From Hormiphora californensis (Eukaryota; Animalia; Ctenophora): a stretch of DNA of 64,000 bases. The notes below the pieces were generated by a model. It was not told the origin of the DNA. It worked only from the letters and a program-made list of their open reading frames with translations, and made no database searches. The first letter of the stretch is position 1, and each line of letters opens with the position of its first letter. Position numbers and translations under genes: made by a program. The stretch is from positions 5,704,001 through 5,768,000 of the forward strand of contig CM035351.1 in NCBI GenBank assembly GCA_020137815.1, given 5' to 3'. Below, in pieces: positions 10,640-24,041 of the stretch.

Positions 10640-12200
10640 AGGGCGGAAAACGTTAAAATCTGGGTGCCTTTCATTGCTAACAATTCGTAGTTTTAGCACG
10701 CGCGACGGGTTAGGGCTATCCGTTAGGGTCTGGTTAGGGTTTGGTTTGGGGTTATCGGTTAGGGCTATCGATTCTCTAACCGATACCGTTTAGTTTACTC
10801 AAATTGGCCATGTGGTTGCGTGGCTATAGCCGCTTGAAAAAAGTCGGTCTGAGTGTACTCTTTTGATAGCGCGCACCTGTAAAGAGGCTGCAAGGCACCC
10901 AGATTATAATCGCGCCCAGATAGAGACTTGAAATTTGGAGGTTCGGAAGAACTTAGCAAGATCTTCGTAACTTCCAAATTTCAAGTCTCTATCTCATCAG
11001 GAACCGGACTTATGGTCATTTAAAGAAATTTGAAAACTCTAGGGGGGTGACAGTTTCAAAAAATCCGACTTTACGATCTGGGTGTTTGGTGGCCTGTTTA
11101 CAGGTGCGCGCTGCCAAAAAAGTTGATTCACTAAAATGGCTCTAACCGCCAAACTACTCAACCGTTTTGGCTAATTCAAAGTTTATCTGGTAGGAAATGT
11201 CAAGGCCTAACCCCAACCCAAACCCCAGCCCTAACCCTAACCCCACTTTAGCCCTAACCCTAAAAAACCGTTTGTCAGCACTCACGAAACACCCAGATTT
11301 TAACGCTGGCCTTGATTTTACGGGGAAAAGTTAAATTGGATGTTAAAGTTCATATTATACATGAAACAGCTAGCGATAAGAAAGCTAAGAAAACGGGATA
11401 CACCTACGACCAATGCATCCGTTTCTTCGACTCAGACTATCTTTCGCCATGGTGCGATCAATAACTGTTTCCATCAGGGGGCATCGGGGTAGATTGAGGG
11501 GCGAGGGCAGCAGGGACGAGCAGCTATATCAAGTGGGGCAATAGACTCATTTTATATTTAATTTATTACAGTTTTTATCATTGTTAAGTGTCTACACGTA
11601 TTTATATTCAGGCCGATGTTGGCCGCCACCCCCATTATTATTATTATTAAATCTGTTTACAATAACTTGACACTGTCAATATTGTCCTCCTATTTGCGAG
11701 GAAAATGGAACTCTCTAGGTCTCTTTCACACTCAAATACAAACACAAATACAAATATAAATTTATTGTCCGCTTTTCATTGTCCATATTTTAAAGAACAA
11801 CAAGAGTTCTAAAGTCGGATTTTTTGAAACTGTCGCACCCCTGAAATAACAAAATTTGTCATATCTCCGGTTCCTGATAAGATAGAGACTCGAAATCCGG
11901 AGGCCCGGAAGAACTTATCAAGATCTTCCTAACCTCCAAATTTCAAGTCTCTATCTCATCAGGAACCGGACTTATGGTCATATATACCCTGCTAACTTAA
12001 ATAACCCGCCAGTGGCGAGAAGTCCCACTGGCGCGCTCTCAATAAACAACCAGTCCAGCGGCAGATTATTTCCCACTGGCAGGTTATTTATTTTGAACTC
12101 CTATGTAACATTCAAAGCACTCACGATTGTGAGGGTTAGGGCTAAAGCAGGGCTAGGTCTAGCGCTGGGGTTCGGGTTAAGGTTAGGGCTGAAGATTTCC
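10640..12200. repeat. Cluster of MITE fragments with degenerate TTAGGG-like tracts
   Basis: TTAGGG-like tracts at 10707-10765 and 12133-12190, and the complement at 11206-11262. Segments 10918-11072 and 11810-11980 match the MITE at 33287-33510. Confidence 0.7.
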
Positions 12201-12201
12201 T

Positions 12202-13435
12202 AGTTTACAAGTTTACAAGTTTACAAATAAAGTTATGGTGATACACAACAGATCTTCCCTTTATGGGTCCACCTAAATAAAAATCAAAATAATCGTCTTC
12301 TCACGCCCTATCTCTAGACACATACAGCACATTGAGGGGAAATATCGTTGGGAACTGACAGATAACCTCTGACAGGGGGACGGTCATAAAAGCCTGTCAG
12401 GCAATTGCCCAGGGATGATTTGAATTGACCTAAGCTTCCGCAAGAGTTAATGGCCGCTGGCAACCTGTTCCACAGGTGAGCAGCTCTCGGTCCGAAGGAA
12501 GAATGGAACTGATTCGCTCTCCAGGTCTCAGCCTGATATGGAAACGGTGGTGGGACTAACCTCATACCCAACCTTGCACTGTGTTGGAACACAAGGTTTG
12601 CTGAATTCGGAACAAACCCATGGATCGTCTTCCACACATGTATCAACATATAACGTTGTCTTCTGCGTTGAAGAGACATCAGGTTGAGAACCTTCAATCT
12701 TCCCCAATAATCATGATTCTGCATTCCCTCGAGACGTCTTGTAAAACACCTTTGAACGTTCTCAATTGACTTGATGTCACCAGCCTTTGTTGGGTTCCAG
12801 ACCAGGCAACAATACTCCAAAATTGGTCTGGCCAGTGATTTGAAGAGTTGTAACATTACCTCTGGTGACCGGTCTCTAAAAACACTGAAAATCCATCCAG
12901 ATAAAAGAGAGGCTTTCCGCACAATGATGGAAATGTGCTTGGACCACGAGCCATCTGAAGACATCTGAACACCCAAGTCACGGACATCGGGTTCGGGAAT
13001 CAGTTGAACTCCAGAGTCTGTAGTGTACGAACTCATTTCAGTTGAAAAAGGAAGTTCCTTGAAGATTGCTGATTTGTTCAGTCTATAACTCAAGAGCTGA
13101 AACTTTTGATCATGGAGGACCATATTATTCACTTTGGCCCATTCCGTGACCCTCAGAAGATCTGCCTGCAAGCCAGCCTGATCGACCATATCTGAAATGG
13201 CTTTCATTAACTTAGTATCATCAGCAAAGGTGAGACACATACTGCCATCCAGTACAGACTCCAGATCCAGTATGTAAATAAGGAAGAGAAGAGGACCCAG
13301 GACACTGCCCTGCGCCACCCCGCTGAGCACCTCCACCCATGATGTCCTCACTCCGTCCACCATAACACACTGTTGCCTACCCAGGATCCACGCACTGATC
13401 CACTGAAGTAGTTTTCCTCCGATCCCGTACCTATC
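12202..13435 (-). mobile_element. 5'-truncated CR1/L2-group LINE (RT C-terminal half)
   Basis: QGSVLGPLLF, FADDTK, RDLGV, LEYCCLVWNP; (TTGTAAAC)n tail at 12202-12226. Related to but diverged from the element at 4.4-8.9 kb. Confidence 0.9.
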
Positions 13436-13807
13436 AGATAAATCTTGAATTAGCCAAAACAGTTGAGTAGTTTGGTAGTTAGAGCCATTTTGGCAGTATG
13501 CACCTGCAAAAAGGCCTTTAAACACCCAGATCGTAAGTCGTAACAGCGCCCATCTCTTGTCTGGAATTTCCTCTCTCGTCTTGCAACGCAAGGTCTGTTC
13601 TGACTTCTGGACACAGTGTCCTACACACTCGACACAGGCCACAGCCTAGCTTCCCCACTAAACCTCAATACTATTTGAGCGTAGGATAAGGACAGAGTGC
13701 TCAGAGCAATACTCTACTTCCTTCATAAGTCTTTTTCAATTCTGTTTTTGTCCACTATCACTTAAATCAACCAAAAAATTTAAATTTTGATTTTTAGGCG
13801 TTATGTT

Positions 13808-16800
13808 ATGATAGGAGATATGAAAGAAAGCGTCAAGCAACATTCAACCCCTGACCTCACAAGTTCGATAAACACATGGATTCTTGACACAACTATCGTA
13901 ACACTGGCAAGCCTCTTCACTAGATTTTACAAGCTCTGTGAGCCCGATATTGTCTGTTGGGATGAAACCCATTTTGGAAAGTTTGCAAGTTATTACATTC
14001 GCTCCGAAAACTACTTTGACGTCCATCCTCCGCTGGGGAAAATGATGTTGGGCGCTTCGGGAGTGATAACAGGCTACAATGGCTCCTTTTCCTTTGAGGA
14101 ACCAGGTAAAGAAAATGAAAATAAATCTTCTCTGCAACGTCCACTTACCACTAAGCTAAATTCATTACGTGATAAAATGATTCAGGTCAAGAATATGAAG
14201 ATACCAAGTTTTGTGGAATAAGAGGATTCTGTGCACTACTCGGGGCACTAGTTCCCATTATGCTATACATTACACTCCGACTGCAGGTACTAAATCATCA
14301 TCGTTATATGAATGATGTTAGCATGCATGTTCCTCTCTCGCTTTTCTCCATCTCTCCTTCTCTCGTCTTTTTTTAAATCACATGCTATCGTTATTATTTC
14401 CCAGATATATAACACACATCATGAATGTATGAGGTATAACATCCCACCAATGATCCTTCCTAATTTCAGGTGTCACGTTTCTCGGCTCTGATAGCAGCAT
14501 GTCTCCTGATATGTGATACGGGTCTGATTACCCTGACACAATTCATCCTCTTGGAGTCACCTCTCTTTTTCTTTCTAGCATGCACTCTTATTAGTTACCA
14601 GCTGACAAGGTATTTATCCTGAGAAAACTCTACAAACCACTCCAAAATATCCCAATATCTAATCATCTTTTACCCTATAATAGTAACGAAAACTCTGTAT
14701 TCAGGCAGTGTGAGCAGTATACAGTACCCTGGTACGGCTGCCTGGCATTCTGTGGTGTCAGTGTAGGGTGTATTCTTAGTGTCAAATACATTGGAGTGTT
14801 TACTGTTCTCTTCATAGGCCTACTGGTAAGTACAGCGCAACAGATATTGAACAATTGCAATATTATTTCACTTGTTCAAAATCCTTTCTGTACAATACTT
14901 CAAAGTGAGGTTTAAAAACTACTGACACAGTTTAATTATGTTGCCTCACTCCCAGGTGCTTCAAGATTTGTGGACATCGTGGTCAACTGGTAACACCACT
15001 CTCAGAGATTTCTGTGTTCTATTTCTCCACTTGGCAGCGTTTCTTATCGCCCTACCCATCGTACTGTACGTGTCCTTCTTCGTCCTTCACTTTCGATACA
15101 CAATCAACAGCTCCAGCTCAGATAGCACATACAGCCCAGAATACCAGGCCAGGTAACAATCCACACCCCCCGTTACGACCCTGTTACCCCCCCCCCCCTC
15201 CTTCCCCAACCCCCCTGGTTGCTCAATATATTAGTTGTATCTCTCTCTCTTAGTTTACATGGTAGTAAGATGGGGGAGGAGATGAATTCTCCCCATCTGA
15301 TGATTGGAAACACAGTCCGGTGGCGCCACGGTGAACTTCTCCTTCACTCTCATCACCTCACCTACCCGGATATAGATCTGAATCAGGTAATAAAGTGGGG
15401 GTTGTTTCTTTTAACCGTTCGATATCTTATGTTCGTACTATGACACTATTGGTACCAATGGTACACCAATGGTACACTCTAAGGCTGTTTGTGTTCTAAT
15501 CGGAGCGCCTAGCAGTGTTATAGCAAGTTACTGAAATTGATCCTTTACTAGCTGTGAGATATAATAATGCAATATTTTCACGAAGGTAACGGGATATAGC
15601 CACATGGATGAGAACAACAGATGGATTGTGGAGGGGTGTCTACAGCAGGAGGGTGCGGTTACCATGGTAACTGTGGGTGATATGGTGCAGCTGCGACATG
15701 AGACAACGGACCGTTATCTGACAGTGATTAATAGTGCGGAGGGAATCTCAAACAGTGTCGACTACCGGGTATGTGCAATTGTGCAACTATGATACAACAC
15801 TATAATCGATCAGATCCATCACTATCATGTTAGGCCTTTGTCTCCCTCTCTTTGTCTCCCTCTCCCCTTTGTCTCCCTCTCCCCTTTGTCTCCCCCCCCC
15901 TTTGTCTCCCCCTCTTTGTCTCTCCCTCTCTTTGTCTCCCTCCCTTTGTCTCCCTCTCTTTGTCTCCCTCTCTTTGTCTCCCTCTCTTTGTCTCCCTCTC
16001 TTTGTCTCCCTCCCTTTGTCTCCCTCTCTTTGTCTCCCTCTCTTTGTCTCCCTCTCTTTGTCTCCCTCTCTTTGTCTCTCTCCCTCTCCCTAATCTCCCT
16101 CTCCTCAGGTAGTGACAACAGAAGATCCCAGTATAGACAGTTGTTTCCAACTCTCCCACCCTCTCCTAACCCACCGCCGTATTCCCATCCTCCAATCTGA
16201 CATTCAACTAGTGAGCATCTCCAACAGATGTGCCTTGAAAATGAACGAGGAACAGTTGCCAGAGTACGCCGCTAAACAAATAGAGGTACAACATATTCTG
16301 CTGTTGGGAGGGGGGATTCCAAAATGTAGTATAGTCAGTTTACAAATCCGTTGTTGTTTAGGTCCGGTCATGACTTCTTTCGTCCTACCTCTAATCACTA
16401 ACGCGGGGGGCATTCCTAAATGTAGTATATAGTCAGTTTACGTTCTGTCTTCTGTCTTCTGTCGACTAACTTCTAATCACTAACGAAATAACCAATCTAT
16501 TAATTAATTTCGCCAAACTAATTACCTCCAGGTATCCTGTTCAAGATCCTACGTAAGAAAGGGTACGGGTTTCACCCTGATTCAGAACCGTTCTCCACGA
16601 GAGGAAGAGAACAATCAGGCAGTCCAACCAGCGGGATTCTTCTCTAAGTTAGCGGAGATGCAGGTATATATAGAGTAGTCGCGTGGTAGTAGTAGCTCAC
16701 TGAGTTAAAACTCTGCTTATTGAATAGATTAAATATTGATCCTGTAATTGAACGAGTCTCAATTTGTCCATACTACTACAACAGAATTTTGAATAGATTG

Positions 16801-17694
16801 AACTTGAACTTACTTGCTCATGTCATCAAGTTGGGATAACTTATTGATCATCTAACGTTCTTGTAACTACATGTAACTTTCACCCCCGTCTGTAGGTTAA
16901 AATGGTGGAAACAAATAACGCACTCGTGCCCTCTGAGAAGGAAAGAAACTCGCGACCCTGGATGTGGCCTATCAACTACGAGGGTCTCTTCTTCGGAATC
17001 TCTGAGAAACATGGAGCTGTCTACTTTCTGGGTATGTGATCCAAATATATTGTCATGGGAATCGTCGGATTATATGGACGGTGTAATAAACAGTACAGAT
17101 CTTTGAAATTCCCTCCAATATCTCCCTGTACTGGTCTTTTGATTTGTTTTCTGAAGCTGTACTGGGCAAATTGCCAAGGCCCAAGAGCATGTGTAGTAAT
17201 AATTCCACTCTGAAATACTGCACCCAGGTTTATTGGGGTTATATTAACTGTCCCCCCCCCCCCCCATAGGTAACCCCATTGTATTCTGGTTCAACCTCGC
17301 TATGATTCTACTCCTCCTCTCGACCAACCTCCACCAGTCCTACCATACCCTCCGATACCAACATCCCCCTCCCTACAACCCCTCCACCCTTGCCAGCGCC
17401 AACATCTACCTGGGTGCCTACCTCCTCCACTATATCCCATTCTACATGATGGGCAGGGTGTTATACTTCCACCACTTCTACTCCTCCTTCCTATTCAACT
17501 GTCTGATCTCTGGGGTGGTGTGTGAGATACACCTGGGAGGTAGACCCCGCTGGATCACTTGGACCATCATGGGTCTAGTAGTGGGTAGCTTCCTGATGTT
17601 TTCACCTCTGGCATATGGGATCCCGGTAGATGAAAACAAACAGACGTACGGGTATGTTAAAAGTCTAAAGTGGCTGGAAACTTGGGCCTTCTGA
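13808..17694 (+). CDS. POMT2: Protein O-mannosyltransferase 2, about 11 exons
   Basis: [28 protein letters not shown]-domain exons ([18 protein letters not shown]), [18 protein letters not shown]. Confidence 0.9.
15837..16090 (+). repeat. 14-bp pyrimidine minisatellite (TTTGTCTCCCTCTC)n in a POMT2 intron
   Basis: Directly visible tandem array upstream of the splice acceptor. Confidence 0.95.
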
Positions 17695-18162
17695 GAACTG
17701 AACCGACGTACGGGTATGTTAAAAGTCTAAAGTGGCTGGAAACTTGGGCCTTCTGAGGACTGAGAACTGAACAGATATTATCCTGGTGATAAACTTGATT
17801 ATTATTATTCATTTGTACATACATTATTCATTTGTATCCATTTGTATCCATGTTTGTGTGTATGCTTTGAATTTCATAATTATTTTTTTGGGTTTTTGAT
17901 AATTAATTTACAGCAATTAGATCACATTTTGTAACTATTATATTTCGAGTTTCTATATTTTGTACATTGTCTATTTTTCATGTAAAGTTTTGCTATTGGT
18001 TACATTAAACTGTTTTTATTGTCTCATATTAACACATACTCGACACCAAAAGACTCAGCACCTGAAGAGACAGCTTATTGTGTAGAAATATCAGTTGCTT
18101 CCTCCGCTCCAGTGACTGAATACCCTTTGGGTGACTTTAGGAATTCCGCACTTCCCAATCCC

Positions 18163-18828
18163 TCACCCTCCACCCTCAGCTCCTCTTCCACAGTTCTCCA
18201 GCTGTCCACTGAGGACCGCTAGGTTCTCCTTCTCGCACACAGTACCCTTGTAGTCCTTGAAGGCCATTACAGGTTTGGAACTTCGCCAGGAATCCAGGAA
18301 CACGTTCTGGATCTCATCAACCAGTGGAGTCTGCATATCATCAGCAGGGGGCAGATCAGGTCCCGGTCAGGAAAGGGTCCAGGGTGATCCCGTAAATGCA
18401 CTTCGTGGATATCACACGTGCGGAGTACGGGAGGATTAGAGGGAACACCATCGGGCACGGCCACAAAGATGGTATCACTGTCAATACCAGAACTGAAGTA
18501 TTCCATATAGTACAGGATCTGGTACTTACCCATGGCCGCCAGATCATCCAGAAAGTTATCATCGATATCCCAGAAAGTTTCGCTATCTGTTGGTTGTGTC
18601 TGATTCTTGAAGTGTTCCACGTTATCATCATAATACGCTCTGAACTCTGAAGTCTGTCAGTATGGGGGAGGGAGTTCCAAAGACATACCCTCCATCCTCC
18701 CAAAGGTTCTTCATAATCCGCTCCTTGGCATACGATCCTTTCTTCTTCTTTTTCTTCTTCTTCTTGGCACATTCCACAACGTGCACCAGGAGGGTTATCA
18801 GAATCAGTAGGAGCACCAGCCGCTTCAT
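18163..18828 (-). CDS. Unknown secreted protein (signal peptide + poly-Lys), with apparent frameshifts
   Basis: MKRLVLLLILITLLVHVVECAKKKKKKKKKG start; coding-like sequence continues in ORF 18267-18620 and a third frame (DDMQTPLVDEIQNVFLDSW...). The end is uncertain. Confidence 0.5.
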
Positions 18829-19045
18829 AGTGCAGTCAACAGCAAATACAGATTCTAGAAATGGACCCGTGTCGCTCTCTTCTCACGTAGTCCCGGCTTC
18901 AATTAGCAGTGCATTACTGTAAATGAAAGCATGGGCGATTCAACTTAAGAGTCAATAGATGCAATATTTGTGCCGAGGAACCCAGAGAGAGAGAGTCGTG
19001 AAATACGTAAATAATCACTCCCTCCATTTTAACAGGACTGTAATC

Positions 19046-22000
19046 ATGGCATTGTGGGTTGATAAGCACCGGCCTACGTCACTCTCAAAACTGGACTATC
19101 ACACCGGTCTGGCAGGGAACTTGAAAAAGCTTAGTTACGGGCGGTGATTTCCCCCACCTGATGGTGTATGGTCCCAGTGGAGCCGGGAAGAAGACCAGGA
19201 TTATGTGTCTGTTGAAGGAGATATATGGGGGAGGGGTGGAGAAGTTGAGGATAGAGCATCATACCTTCACAACGCCCAGTAACAGAAAGGTGGAAATCAG
19301 CACCATTGCAAGCAACTATCACATTATGGTATGTGTGGAATGAAGTAATTTAAAGTAAGAGTGGCGCGCCGTGTTTTCTCACAAAACTTGGTGAATGAAC
19401 GGGGAGTACCACCAGGACCATTGGTATGGTATAGAAAATTTCCAATTCCGTCTCATTTATTAGTTATGACGTAATATGTTCATTATTTCAACTTTCACAA
19501 AATTGCTCTACAGAAAAATCTGTTCATTGTGGATTGAAATGGATGCTTGCATCGTGTTCAGCGTCAAAAAATAGCCGGGGTACCAAATTTTGGTGTCTCT
19601 ACCTTGTCTGTGACGCGAGATATTGACAAATATCAAAAACGACAAAAGTGAGAGAAAGAGAGATTGTTACAAGTGGGTGGCGCGCACAAACAACTAGCAC
19701 CCAAAGATAACAAACTCTCTTTCTCCCATTTTTGGTCTTTTTTGATAATTGTCGATATCTCGCGTCACAGACAAGGTAGAGACACCAAAATTTGGTACCC
19801 CGGCTATTTTTTGACGCTGAACACGATGCAAGCATCCATTTCAATCCAAAATGAACAGATTTTTCTGTAGAGCAATTTTATGAAAGTTGAAATAATGAAC
19901 ATATTACGTCATAACTAATGAACGAGACAGAATTGGAAATTTTCGATACCGTACCAATGGTCCTGGTGGTACTCCCCGTTCATCCACCAAGTTTTGTGAG
20001 AAAACACGGCGCACCACTCTTACTTTAAACTATTATGTTCACTAATGTTAATTAGTTAATTAATTAAGTAGCTAAATTAGCTAATTGTGTTCCTCCTCTA
20101 GGTTAATCCGTCAGATGCGGGGCTGTATGACCGGATTGTGGTTCAGGATCTGATCAAGAACATCGCCCAAACTTGCCAACTGGATACTGAAAAGCAGAAG
20201 GAGTTCAAAGTTGTCGTTGTAACAGGTAAATCAAAATCTCAACAACATTCTTTTGTGATCGGTCGATGCCACAAACTTCTGATTTAGCCCCTCCTCACCC
20301 AGCGACATCCTCAACTAGCGACATCCTCAACTAGCCCCACCCCCCACTCAGATGCGGATAGGTTATCAAAGGATGCCCAGCACGCCCTCCGTCGAACTAT
20401 GGAGAAGCACATGTCAAAGTGTCGTGTTGTTCTCTGTACTAACTCCATCAGCAAGATGATCCCTGCCATTAGAAGCAGGTGTCTGGGTATCCGTGTACCT
20501 GCACCCTCTGCAGAGGATATGAAAGTAGTGCTAAATGCAACATGTCGCAAGGAAGGTAGGTCTATTGTCTGCATTTGGGTCAGTTGTTTAGAGATCGGAT
20601 TAGGAGAGAGTGCTCTGATGAGATGAGTGCGGGTTAGGAGGCCAGCTGAGAGGATGTGAAATTGGCAAGTGACTGATACAGCAGTTACTTTCTATCAGAT
20701 GATAGGATTAATAATATGATGTGTATTCCTCCATCCCCACACTCTCAGGTGTAACAGTGTTCCTCTCCTCCTTTCTCAGGTCTGACCCTGCCCTACTCCT
20801 CCTTTCTCAGGTCTAACCTACTACTCCCCCACTCAGGTCTAACCCTGCCTATTCCTCCATCCCCACACTCAGGTCTAACCTACTACTACTCTTCCTTTCT
20901 CAGGTCTAATAGAGTTGCCCTCCTCCTTTCTCAGGTCTAACCCTACCTACTACTCCTCCTCCACCCAGGTCTAACCCTACCCCACCCAGGTCTGACCCTA
21001 CCCTGCCTACTACTCCTCCATTCTCAGGTCTAACAGAGTTGTACTCCACCCCCACCCAGGTCTGGCCCGGCCCTCCTTCCCACTCAGGTCTAACCCCCCA
21101 CCCACATCTAGGTCTAACCCTGCCTGATGAGCTGGCTGACAGGATTATAGCGATCAGTGGTCGTAACATGAGACGGGCATTGTTGATATGTGAGACATGT
21201 AAGGTTCAGCAGTACCCCTTCACTGGTAACCAGCCCGTTGATGAGCCTGACTGGGAGATGTTTGTTCGGCAAACTGCCCAGAAAATCATCGAGGAACAAA
21301 GTCCCAAAAGGTTAGAAATTAGCCCTTACACAACAGCGAGCTACATGTGGTGGTATTTACATTTTGTGAAGTTACTAATTTTCCTTCATTCAGATTGTTG
21401 GAAGTGAGAGGTCGGCTGTACGAGCTTCTAGCCCATTGTATCCCCCCTGAAACTATATTCCGAACACTGCTGAACGAGTTAGTGAAACACTGCGATGGAA
21501 AACTTCAAAAACCGGTAATTTACAAATTTATTGAAAAGGGAAAACAATGGGACCAAACTTCTTGTCTTTTGATAGTTGATTTTTTTACACTGTGGTAGTC
21601 ATGGGAACATGGGAGTCTCTGCAAGTCCTTGAGGCTGTGCTGCTCGCATGAGAGACTTGGGGAGGAGACCTTACTCTGTTGACCAGCCTTCTCCAATCTT
21701 GTCTAATCATATCCAAAATGCGGGGATGATTGTAGAAGTAGAGAAGGGGGTCCACCAGACAATTTAAGTAGTAGATAGTGACAGTGCCCACTTGAGCAAC
21801 GTAGTAATTTGACCGGATATTGAATGCATTGAAGGTTGCTTCGGGGACGTATGCTATGACACCAGTGGCCACAATTAGGGTACCGATTCTCATCAGTTTC
21901 GAGGACTCTTGTTGACTGTTATCAGAAGTTTTTAGTACAATGTAGATTACCAGGTACATGACAATTACGGAGGCCAGGGGGACCAACCAAAATAACATCT

Positions 22001-23816
22001 GTAGGGAGGAACTGTGTCAGATTCCTGGGGTGTAACCATGGCAACCACCTTGGAGAAATAATACATATAAACATATTACAAGGGGTACCTGGAGAAAAAC
22101 GGTAGAGACATCGTTTATCAGGCACCGTAGATACAAGTAGTCATAATGGTTCTGTAAAAAAGTACTGGTTACTAGGTAACGAGGTTACCAGTTTGCATGG
22201 TTATTGGTTACTAGGTAACTGCAGGTTGCATGGTAGCCAGGTTACTAATCACGCCACTCATCGAAATACAATTTAATAGCCTACCTTGAGGGATCCCTGT
22301 GCCTCGTTAATTGTATCAATTAGCAGGTTGAGAGGTACCGCTACCCAGGGACACGCACATAACCACTTGCATCGTACAGGTGGCATTAGGGACCGGTGAC
22401 GGAGCGGATAGAGCACTGCGATTAGTCGGTCTACTGTGATAGGTAGCAATACCATCGGTCCCATTGATCTGAACCAGGGAGGGGGGTTACTGAATAGATC
22501 TGAACCAGGGGGAGGGGTTACTGAATAGATAGACTGGACTGGAGGGAGTAATCGTTTTGCAGCAGTTTACACTTCGCAGAAACGAGTCGATCTTTCTAGA
22601 ATCGCGTGGAGAATGTTATATTGTATATATTAACTCACATGTGCCTTTCCGTGGTGCTAGCCGACCCGTGTGTATATTGAGACTTGATTACATAATATGT
22701 ACTATTAATAAACTGCTGTATAGACTTCACCCACTCACTTCATACACACACAAAACACCTACACACATGACCAAGCTTTTACGACAGGTTATTGATCACC
22801 GCGACCAATGTAATTGCGACCTATAATTATGTTCATACTTGTGTTTTACTTACGCGAACGCTTTGTTGAGCATCTCATATGCCTTGCAGTACAGCGTGGT
22901 ATTGTGTGGTGCACTAATCTTGTATCCTACCAGCTCTGGGTTTATCATACCGCATCCCCTGACAAACCCAGATACAGAGAGAATCAGATCAGCCACTGCA
23001 ATGTTTAGTAGAAATGTGTTCTGGTTTAGACGGAGAGTGACCTTGTAAACCAGGACCATCACTTCGTATAGGTTGAAGATGAAGGCAAGCGTTGTTATTG
23101 TTATTAGTGCCACTCCCTGAAATAATTGAGCTCTTTATGTTGGGGGTCGATGTAATGTTACTACAGAGAAGACACACCAAAAATGTGGGGGTCTACTAAG
23201 ACAAAACACAAAAGATACTAATCAATTTTCATTGGCGGGCGACATGGTACACATACGTTGTAAAGGCGAAACTGGCAAGGTTTCAGTGGCTCGTAGCACT
23301 CAGAACAGTTCGCAATGAGGTACATCGCACACAGACTGTTATATTGTATTGGCGAGGGAGATGGGGGTGACTAGGATAATATGTAGTGAACATAGGATTG
23401 TTATCACCCAGGGGGGACCTGGGTTGCAAGGACCAACCGTTTATCAAAATTATTCCACGGAGCTAGCTCTATCTTATAAATATGTGTGTGATTCCCACAC
23501 GGTTTTATACCCTGTTTACTAGCTTCTATTTTCATCTCTATTTTCTCACTTTCCTTGTTCGATCCTCTTAGTCTCTCTCCGTGCCCTAGCCCCTGGGTTT
23601 GAACAACAATATGACCTGGCATTTATCCAACCACAACCCTCCCTCTCTCTGCAGGTAGTTCAGGCGGCAGCTCGATACGAACATCAGCTCCAACTGGGCA
23701 GTAAGCCAATCTACTATCTGGAGGCGTTTGTTGCCAGGTTTATGGCCATGTTCAAAGGGTTCATACAGAGCGCTGTTATGGACCTGGACGACTTCGATTT
23801 CGATGATGATATGTAG
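19046..23816 (+). CDS. RFC3: Replication factor C subunit 3, multi-exon (one frameshift near 19130)
   Basis: [10 protein letters not shown], Walker [42 protein letters not shown]; last exon [13 protein letters not shown] at 23655-23816. Confidence 0.95.
19354..20024. mobile_element. Foldback MITE with TTAA TSD (Kolobok-like) in RFC3 intron 1
   Basis: TTAA|AGTAAGAGTGG...CCACTCTTACT|TTAA; about 290 bp inverted arms. Confidence 0.85.
20740..21110 (+). repeat. Degenerate tandem copies of the RFC3 acceptor junction (CAG|GTCTAACCCT)
   Basis: About 11 copies precede the real TAG|GTCTAACCCTGCCTGATGAG at ~21111. Confidence 0.85.
21585..23325 (-). CDS. Class A (rhodopsin-like) GPCR, about 5 exons, nested in the last RFC3 intron
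   Basis: [10 protein letters not shown] (TM2), [15 protein letters not shown] (TM3), IAYVP (TM6), NCLVDPLLY (TM7); spliceable exons, with a first exon [10 protein letters not shown]. Confidence 0.85.
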
Positions 23817-24041
23817 AGTTGGGATGGAATGTTTTCCTAAGAATTCAGCGGTCTGACAAGTGACAAGTGAAAAAGGATATTTTTTATGATCTTTTTAATT
23901 TATTTTTACCAAGTTATTATTTGAAATGTAATCAAAGTTATTCAACATATTTTACTCCCACAAAACATTATCTCATTTCCTTGGTTCCTCCCGTCCTTCC
24001 TCCCCTAGAAACTATCTGACACTGACTTGTACTGAGTAGAT

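Noticed and set aside
10707-12190. Telomere or chromosome fusion site
   Set aside because: Tracts are short, degenerate and embedded in MITE-like sequence.
13540-13735. Possible - strand exons joined by an 18-nt GT-AG intron; N-terminus of ORF 12314-13642
   Set aside because: No homology recognised and the intron is implausibly short; the ORF's first ~70 aa lie outside the LINE.
15825-16200. Low-complexity ORFs (also 46774-47384, 53862-54285, 60682-60931, 36260-36465)
   Set aside because: Translations of mini- and microsatellites.
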